From an uncultured virus (IMG/VR IMGVR_UViG_3300014204_000168) (taxonomy: Duplodnaviria > Heunggongvirae > Uroviricota > Caudoviricetes): a DNA stretch of 20,000 nt. The notes under the pieces are model-generated. The model saw nothing but the letters and a program-made list of their open reading frames with translations, was not told the origin of the DNA and searched no databases. The position numbers and the translations under genes are program-made. Below, one piece after another: positions 15,463-20,000 of the stretch (positions are counted from its first letter, which is position 1; each line of letters begins with the position of its first letter). Location of the stretch: positions 55,189 to 75,188 of IMG/VR virus record IMGVR_UViG_3300014204_000168; one strand, 5' to 3'.

Positions 15463-16147
15463 AACATTATTAAGGGAAAGTTTAATCAGAGAAATGTCTG
15501 ATGATTTAGAAGATTTATATTATAACATGACTAGAGAAGTGTTAAGTATGATTAAAGTTGGTGAAAAACTAGAATTTAAATTAATTCCTAAAACACAATA
15601 CCATAAGGCCTTACAAGATTTTACAAGAGGTAACGGTAAATTCCAACATTTTCCGGTTAAATATATAGAAGCTTGGAAGTATAGATGTTTAACAAATATT
15701 TTTAAGTTAAATGCAACAACTGAAATATTTGGTCATACAACACATTTCCCTATTGATGAATTCTTAGATGTTTTTGATTACAATCAAGAAACCGGTGAAG
15801 AACATAATGGTGAATTTTCTGCTTGGTTAAGACAAAGACATGAAGAAGAACCAGAAAATAAAGATTATATTAATAATCGTGATTTTTACGCAGCTTCAGA
15901 ATTTTTACATGATGTTAAAAATGTTGATGATGTTATACCTACCTTTAGTAATGGTCAATATATGATGTCAGACTATGGTTTAGAACCTTTATTAAAATTA
16001 GCCCATGAATTAGATGATAAGACTACCCCAGAAGAAATTATTGTCGTGATAAATAAAATATTAGATGTTGCACATCAACGTAGTGACTTAGCAGAGTTAT
16101 TCATTGAGGGTGGTTCATCATCTTTATCAGATATTTCTAACAAATAA
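15446..16147 (+). CDS. Hypothetical protein with LLRE-type leader
   Basis: 233 aa, N-terminus MKQLIKTLLRESLIRE. Confidence 0.75.
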   Translation: MKQLIKTLLRESLIREMSDDLEDLYYNMTREVLSMIKVGEKLEFKLIPKTQYHKALQDFTRGNGKFQHFPVKYIEAWKYRCLTNIFKLNATTEIFGHTTHFPIDEFLDVFDYNQETGEEHNGEFSAWLRQRHEEEPENKDYINNRDFYAASEFLHDVKNVDDVIPTFSNGQYMMSDYGLEPLLKLAHELDDKTTPEEIIVVINKILDVAHQRSDLAELFIEGGSSSLSDISNK

Positions 16148-16148
16148 T

Positions 16149-16179
16149 TTGTTTTTCTCATTTTATTGTGTTATCTTTG
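16149..16179 (+). promoter_or_regulatory. Bacteroidota-type promoter
   Basis: TTG 16149-16151, N20, TATCTTTG 16172-16179. Confidence 0.75.
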
Positions 16180-16204
16180 TATCCTAATTAAAAAGAACAA
16201 TAAA

Positions 16205-17335
16205 ATGGAAACAAGATTAGATTTTAAAATAGATTTACCAGAAGATGTTATAAAAATCAATAAAGTTTTTAAAACATTTGGGTTTGACTTATTCCTAGTC
16301 GGTGGTTCAGTTCGTGATGCATATTTAGGGTTAAAACCAAAAGATTGGGATTTAGCTACAAATGCAATACCAGATAAAATAATTGAAATTCTTAAAGGTC
16401 AACCATTTGTTACTAATATCTTGGAAACCGGTAAAGCATTTGGTGTTATTAATGTTATTACTGGTAATGACGAATATGAAATTGCGACATTCAGAGAAGA
16501 TGGTGATTATACCGACTCAAGAAGACCTGATGAAGTTATATTCTCAACTATAGAAAAGGATGTACTTAGAAGAGATTTAACAATCAATGCTTTATTCTAT
16601 GATATAGAAAAAAGTCAAATAGTTGACTTAGTTGATGGTATTTACGATTTACGTTTTAGCGAAATTAGAACTGTTGGTGAACCAATTGATAGATTTAATG
16701 AAGATAAACTTAGAAAATTAAGAGCTATTAGATTTTCAGCTAGATTTGGTTTTAATATGAACTCCAAAACAGCTGGTGCTATAACTAAAGATAATAACTT
16801 AATTGGTGTGTCACCAGAAAGAATTCGAGATGAATTTATTAAAGGTGTTAAAACAGCAAAATCAGTTAGACAATTTTTAAATAGTTTATTTGTTTATGAT
16901 ATGTTTAAACTTATTTTTCCCGGTTTAAACATTAGACATTTTAATTTAATTGAAGTTAAAAGTCCAATTGTTTTAATGGCCATAATATTTGAAGGTAATT
17001 CACCAGCACTCGTAAAAAAAGTGTTAGCTGAGTTAAAATATACTAGTGATGAAATAGGTAAAATATACTTCTTAATGTCATTCTTATATTTTGAACCAAA
17101 TTTAGTTTATAATGCGAAAAAATCACAAATTTTATCTAAAATTTCTAATGATGAAGTTATTAGATTCGCTGAATTAAACAATATGGACATCGAATTAATT
17201 GATAAATTCTTAGATTTTAAATTTACAGTTACCGGTGAAGATATAGAAAAATTAGGTATTAAACCCGGACCTGAAATGGGTAAAAAAATACATGAACTTG
17301 AATTAGAAAACTTTAATAAAATGTTAAATGAGTAA
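16205..17335 (+). CDS. cca: CCA tRNA nucleotidyltransferase (class II)
   Basis: LVGGSVRD...KDWDLAT, EIATFR, RRDLTINAL, RFNEDKLRKLRAIRF, VSPERIRDE. Confidence 0.92.
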   Translation: METRLDFKIDLPEDVIKINKVFKTFGFDLFLVGGSVRDAYLGLKPKDWDLATNAIPDKIIEILKGQPFVTNILETGKAFGVINVITGNDEYEIATFREDGDYTDSRRPDEVIFSTIEKDVLRRDLTINALFYDIEKSQIVDLVDGIYDLRFSEIRTVGEPIDRFNEDKLRKLRAIRFSARFGFNMNSKTAGAITKDNNLIGVSPERIRDEFIKGVKTAKSVRQFLNSLFVYDMFKLIFPGLNIRHFNLIEVKSPIVLMAIIFEGNSPALVKKVLAELKYTSDEIGKIYFLMSFLYFEPNLVYNAKKSQILSKISNDEVIRFAELNNMDIELIDKFLDFKFTVTGEDIEKLGIKPGPEMGKKIHELELENFNKMLNE

Positions 17336-17855
17336 CGATAATAGTAGGTTTTTAAGTCTTATATTAAGACATAAACCAGAAACAATAGGTTTAAAATTAG
17401 ATAATAGTGGTTGGGTAGAAGTTACCCAATTACTATTACAAATGAATAAAAATGGTAGAAAAATAGACATTGAAGAACTTGAGTTTATTGTTAGAACTAA
17501 TAATAAAAAAAGATTTGAGTTTAATAATGATAAATCAAAAATCAGAGCTAGTCAAGGCCATTCATTAGGTATTGACCTACAATATGAAAGTAAAACACCA
17601 CCTAATATATTATATCATGGTACTAGTATTGATAGTGTTAAATCGATTAATGAAAATGGATTACTAAAATTAAAAAGAGACTATGTTCATTTAAGTAATG
17701 ATATTGAAACGGCCACAAATGTCGGTAGTAGACATGGTAAACCAATTATATTTGAAGTATTAGCCGGTGAAATGTATAACGAAGGGTTTATTTTCTATCA
17801 ATCAACTAACGGTGTCTGGTTAACTGACCACGTACCAGCTAAATTTTTAAAATAA
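17328..17855 (+). CDS. kptA: RNA 2'-phosphotransferase (Tpt1/KptA)
   Basis: SRFLSLILRHKPE, KKRF, IRASQGHS, LYHGT, RDYVHLS, NGVWLTDHVP. Confidence 0.95.
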   Translation: MSNDNSRFLSLILRHKPETIGLKLDNSGWVEVTQLLLQMNKNGRKIDIEELEFIVRTNNKKRFEFNNDKSKIRASQGHSLGIDLQYESKTPPNILYHGTSIDSVKSINENGLLKLKRDYVHLSNDIETATNVGSRHGKPIIFEVLAGEMYNEGFIFYQSTNGVWLTDHVPAKFLK

Positions 17856-17911
17856 TAATTGTCTGATAATCAACAAATTAAAAAATAAATTGAAAATAAT
17901 TGCGAAAATAC

Positions 17912-17955
17912 TTGACTTGTATTGAAACTTTTCATATCTTTGCAGTATATTTATA
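17912..17955 (+). promoter_or_regulatory. Promoter of the leader/tRNA operon
   Basis: TTG 17912-17914, N20, TATCTTTG 17935-17942, TATTTATA 17948-17955. Confidence 0.75.
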
Positions 17956-17993
17956 AACAAACAATAGAATTAAACAATAAACAAATAGAAAAA

Positions 17994-18086
17994 ATGAGAA
18001 ATAATAATATACATAGTATTCATAGTAATTGGTCGAACATTAGACGTTCTATCCATTCCGAATCAGGTATGTTTAATTTCTTGTAA
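17994..18086 (+). CDS. Putative attenuator leader peptide (30 aa)
   Basis: MRNNNIHSIHSNWSNIRRSIHSESGMFNFL*. Contains the antiterminator strand at 18059-18068. Confidence 0.75.
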   Translation: MRNNNIHSIHSNWSNIRRSIHSESGMFNFL

Positions 18087-18154
18087 ACAAGATAAGATAT
18101 TAAAAATATTAAAAGCTTAAAAGCCTGATTCGTAAAAACGTTTCAGGCTTTTTT
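18059..18154 (+). promoter_or_regulatory. Attenuator: mutually exclusive antiterminator and terminator
   Basis: Terminator AAAAGCCTGA(18119-18128)/TCAGGCTTTT(18143-18152)+TT. CGAATCAGGT(18059-18068) is complementary to GCCTGATTCG(18123-18132). Confidence 0.8.
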
Positions 18155-18168
18155 ATTTTAAAATAATT

Positions 18169-18240
18169 GGACACGTAGCTCAGAGGCAGAGCGTCTGGCC
18201 GTTAACCAGAGGGTCGGGATTTCGAAATTCTCCTTGTCCG
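18169..18240 (+). tRNA. tRNA-Asn(GTT), C33 variant
   Basis: GGACACG/CTTGTCC-G, TCTGG-CCGTTAA-CCAGA. Confidence 0.88.
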
Positions 18241-18247
18241 CAACAAA

Positions 18248-18260
18248 GTTCTTTGACATA
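18248..18260 (+). promoter_or_regulatory. boxA-like antitermination element
   Basis: GTTCTTTGACATA, close to the rrn/nut boxA consensus (GCTCTTTAACA). Confidence 0.55.
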
Positions 18261-18271
18261 TTGGTAAATAC

Positions 18272-18360
18272 ACATCGGCTCATTAGGCGTGACTAGCTGG
18301 CTCCAACCCAGTCCTTAAGGGTCGTAAGATTAGATGAGGGTTCGAATCCCTACCGATGTG
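18272..18360 (+). tRNA. tRNA-Trp(CCA), atypical (weak D-arm, about 23-nt variable region)
   Basis: ACATCGG/CCGATGT-G, GCTGG-CTCCAAC-CCAGT, AGGG-TTCGAAT-CCCT. Confidence 0.75.
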
Positions 18361-18368
18361 CAAAATAT

Positions 18369-18439
18369 ACAGGTATAATGTAATGGTAGCATTAAGGTCT
18401 CCAAAACCTTCCGTGAGAGTTCGACCCTTTCTACCTGTG
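18369..18439 (+). tRNA. tRNA-Trp(CCA)
   Basis: ACAGGTA/TACCTGT-G, AAGGT-CTCCAAA-ACCTT. Confidence 0.9.
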
Positions 18440-18443
18440 CAAT

Positions 18444-18528
18444 GGAGGTGTGACAGAATGGTATTGTACCGGTCTTGAAAACCGTGGTCGGGGTAACACC
18501 CGTGTGGGTTCGAGCCCTACTACCTCCG
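18444..18528 (+). tRNA. tRNA-Ser(TGA)
   Basis: GGAGGTG/TACCTCC-G, CGGT-CTTGAAA-ACCG, long variable arm. Confidence 0.92.
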
Positions 18529-18537
18529 CAAATTTAT

Positions 18538-18619
18538 GGAAGGTACCGCCATCGGTGGCAAACTAGGCTTGAACCCTAGGGATACCTGTAGGTATGGAGT
18601 TCGATTCTTCTATCTTCCT
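18538..18619 (+). tRNA. tRNA-Ser(TGA) with 8/4 fold and U73
   Basis: 8-bp acceptor GGAAGGTA/TATCTTCC, 4-bp T-stem GGAG-TTCGATT-CTTC, D-arm GCCA-TCGG-TGGC, CTAGG-CTTGAAC-CCTAG, V-arm ATACC-TGTA-GGTAT. Confidence 0.8.
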
Positions 18620-18628
18620 CAAATATAT

Positions 18629-18700
18629 GGTGTTTGAAGCATTAAGGTGATGTGCGTGACTGTGAATCACGAGAACTCGGTTCGATACCGTGCTTACACC
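18629..18700 (+). tRNA. tRNA-His(GTG)
   Basis: G-1:C73, CGTGA-CTGTGAA-TCACG. Two U:U mismatches in the acceptor stem. Confidence 0.85.
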
Positions 18701-18752
18701 CACTTGACATTTTTGTACTTTACCTTATATTTATATAATAAACGATATAAAT

Positions 18753-19409
18753 ATGGGTAGAAGACAAAAACAATATCATTACATTTATAAAACAACAAAT
18801 GTAATAAACAATAAGTACTATATAGGAATGCATAGTACTAATAACCTAGAAGATGGTTATCTAGGTTCAGGTAAACGATTATGGTTTTCAATTAATTATT
18901 ATGGTAAAGAAAATTTCATTAAAGAGATATTAGAATTTTTACCAGATAGAGAATCATTAAAAGAGCGTGAAAAAGAGCTTGTAAATAAACAATTATTAAA
19001 GGAAGATTTATGTATGAATCTAATGATTGGTGGTGAAGGTGGAAGAGGTTTTACTTCAGAAGAACAAAGATTAAATGCGTTTAAATCTAATGAGAGACAA
19101 AAAGAACTTAGAGAAACAAACCCAGATTGGGTTAAAAAAAGAAGTGGAAAATTTGTTAAGACTATTAAGAAATTATATGATGATGAAGTTTTAGAACGAA
19201 AATATTTTTATAATTGGACAGATAAAAACCATTCAAATGAAACTAAACTAAAAATGTCTGAAATTAAAAGTGGTACTGGTGTTGGTGAAACTAATTCACA
19301 ATATGGTACCTGTTGGATTACTAAAGATAATATTAATAAGAAGATTAAAAACGAAGACTTATCTAACTGGGAAAATGAAGGTTGGATAAAAGGTCGATAT
19401 CTTGTGTAG
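18753..19409 (+). CDS. GIY-YIG homing endonuclease (Seg-like) inside the tRNA array
   Basis: YIYKTTNVINNKYYIGMH..DGYLGSG, NLMIGGEGG, NUMOD3-like HSNETKLKMS. Own TTGACA (18704-18709) and TATTTATA (18728-18735). Confidence 0.85.
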   Translation: MGRRQKQYHYIYKTTNVINNKYYIGMHSTNNLEDGYLGSGKRLWFSINYYGKENFIKEILEFLPDRESLKEREKELVNKQLLKEDLCMNLMIGGEGGRGFTSEEQRLNAFKSNERQKELRETNPDWVKKRSGKFVKTIKKLYDDEVLERKYFYNWTDKNHSNETKLKMSEIKSGTGVGETNSQYGTCWITKDNINKKIKNEDLSNWENEGWIKGRYLV

Positions 19410-19455
19410 TTTACTTAGACAACGTTCTGCCTAGAAAAAAATCGGAGTCTAACAT

Positions 19456-19540
19456 TGTCTGGTATTCGAGTGGTGGCAGAAAACAGCCTGATAAGCTGTG
19501 AGATTAATTCTCAACGTGAGTTCAAATCTCACCCAGACGA
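19456..19540 (+). tRNA. tRNA-Ile(GAT) with long variable arm
   Basis: TGTCTGG/CCAGACG-A, ACAGC-CTGATAA-GCTGT, V-arm GAGA-TTAAT-TCTC, GTGAG-TTCAAAT-CTCAC. Confidence 0.82.
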
Positions 19541-19545
19541 CAAAT

Positions 19546-19621
19546 GTACCTAGCCGGGATGGCACTGAGGCTTGTGGAGCCTTATACTAGTTAGTTTTTG
19601 GTTCGAGTCCAATTTAGGTAC
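19546..19621 (+). tRNA. tRNA-His(GTG), atypical (reduced D-arm, extended variable region)
   Basis: G-TACCTAG/TTAGGTA-C, GAGGC-TTGTGGA-GCCTT, TTGG-TTCGAGT-CCAA. Confidence 0.7.
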
Positions 19622-19637
19622 CTAAGAAATAATAAAT

Positions 19638-19711
19638 CCGCTTGTATATCAATTGGTTAGATTACTTCCCTGATACGGAAGAGGTTATAGGTTCAAGTCC
19701 TATCAAGCGGA
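19638..19711 (+). tRNA. tRNA-Ile(GAT)
   Basis: CCGCTTG/CAAGCGG-A, CTTCC-CTGATAC-GGAAG, ATAGG-TTCAAGT-CCTAT. Confidence 0.9.
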
Positions 19712-19737
19712 CAAATAAATTAAAAACAATTATTAAA

Positions 19738-20000
19738 ATGGAAAAATTAAATGTTCAAAAACAATTATTAAAATCTAAAGTAAGTGCTAAATTTTCACAT
19801 TATTGTTCTGGTAATTTATATTATACAGTAGAAATAGAAGAAGGTATTTTTCAATTTCCAATCGAAACTATTGAGACTGTTAAAGTAATTGGTAAACCTG
19901 AAGTTGAATTACCATTCATTAAATTATCAGCTGATTTAGGTACAACATCTTTTGAAAATCAAATTAAAGCATCTTTCTTAAATAGGTGGATTGGTAAAGC
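19738..20000 (+). CDS. Hypothetical protein, truncated by the window edge
   Basis: Open frame from ATG 19738: MEKLNVQKQLLKSKVSAKFSHYCSGNLYYTV... Confidence 0.7.
   Translation, partial: MEKLNVQKQLLKSKVSAKFSHYCSGNLYYTVEIEEGIFQFPIETIETVKVIGKPEVELPFIKLSADLGTTSFENQIKASFLNRWIGK

Noticed and set aside
18444..18619. TGA-anticodon tRNAs as opal suppressors or tRNA-Sec
   Set aside because: Anticodon TGA reads UCA (Ser). A UGA-reading tRNA would need anticodon TCA.
19410..19455. Orphan tRNA-His 3' end after the third endonuclease
   Set aside because: I looked for the pattern seen at 9958 but found no T-loop or acceptor remnant, only an unrelated hairpin.
1..20000. Genome-wide stop codon reassignment
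   Set aside because: Conserved genes (clpP, smpB, cca, kptA) are intact in code 11, TAG and TAA end genes at sensible positions, and no suppressor anticodon was found among the tRNAs.

Overview
AT-rich window that reads as part of a large (jumbo-type) phage genome infecting a Bacteroidota host: nine TTG-N20-TAnnTTTG promoters, phage-style tRNA arrays without encoded CCA, and three free-standing homing endonucleases. It uses the standard genetic code. The window is dominated by translation-rescue and RNA-repair functions: DnaJ (one internal TAA), ClpP, SmpB, a tmRNA with a long tag, a minimal RF1-like release factor, a CCA-adding enzyme, KptA/Tpt1 and 12 tRNA genes. Main observations: (1) a leader-peptide attenuator in front of a tRNA array, whose peptide is built from the same amino acids (N, W, S, H, I) as the downstream tRNAs; (2) an RF1-type factor apparently expressed through a CUU-UAG-C +1 frameshift, mirroring RF2 autoregulation; (3) four copies of an unnamed stem/TWCNGCAA RNA motif and two D-armless tRNA-like RNAs, near a probable DUF2828 (Ro60-like) gene; (4) homing endonucleases flanked by replaced ends of their target genes; (5) six proteins, most resembling modifying enzymes, that share an N-terminal MKxxIKxLLRE-type leader; (6) class-I tRNAs carrying long variable arms and one 8/4 tRNA. 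All family assignments come from motif recognition by eye, with no database search.
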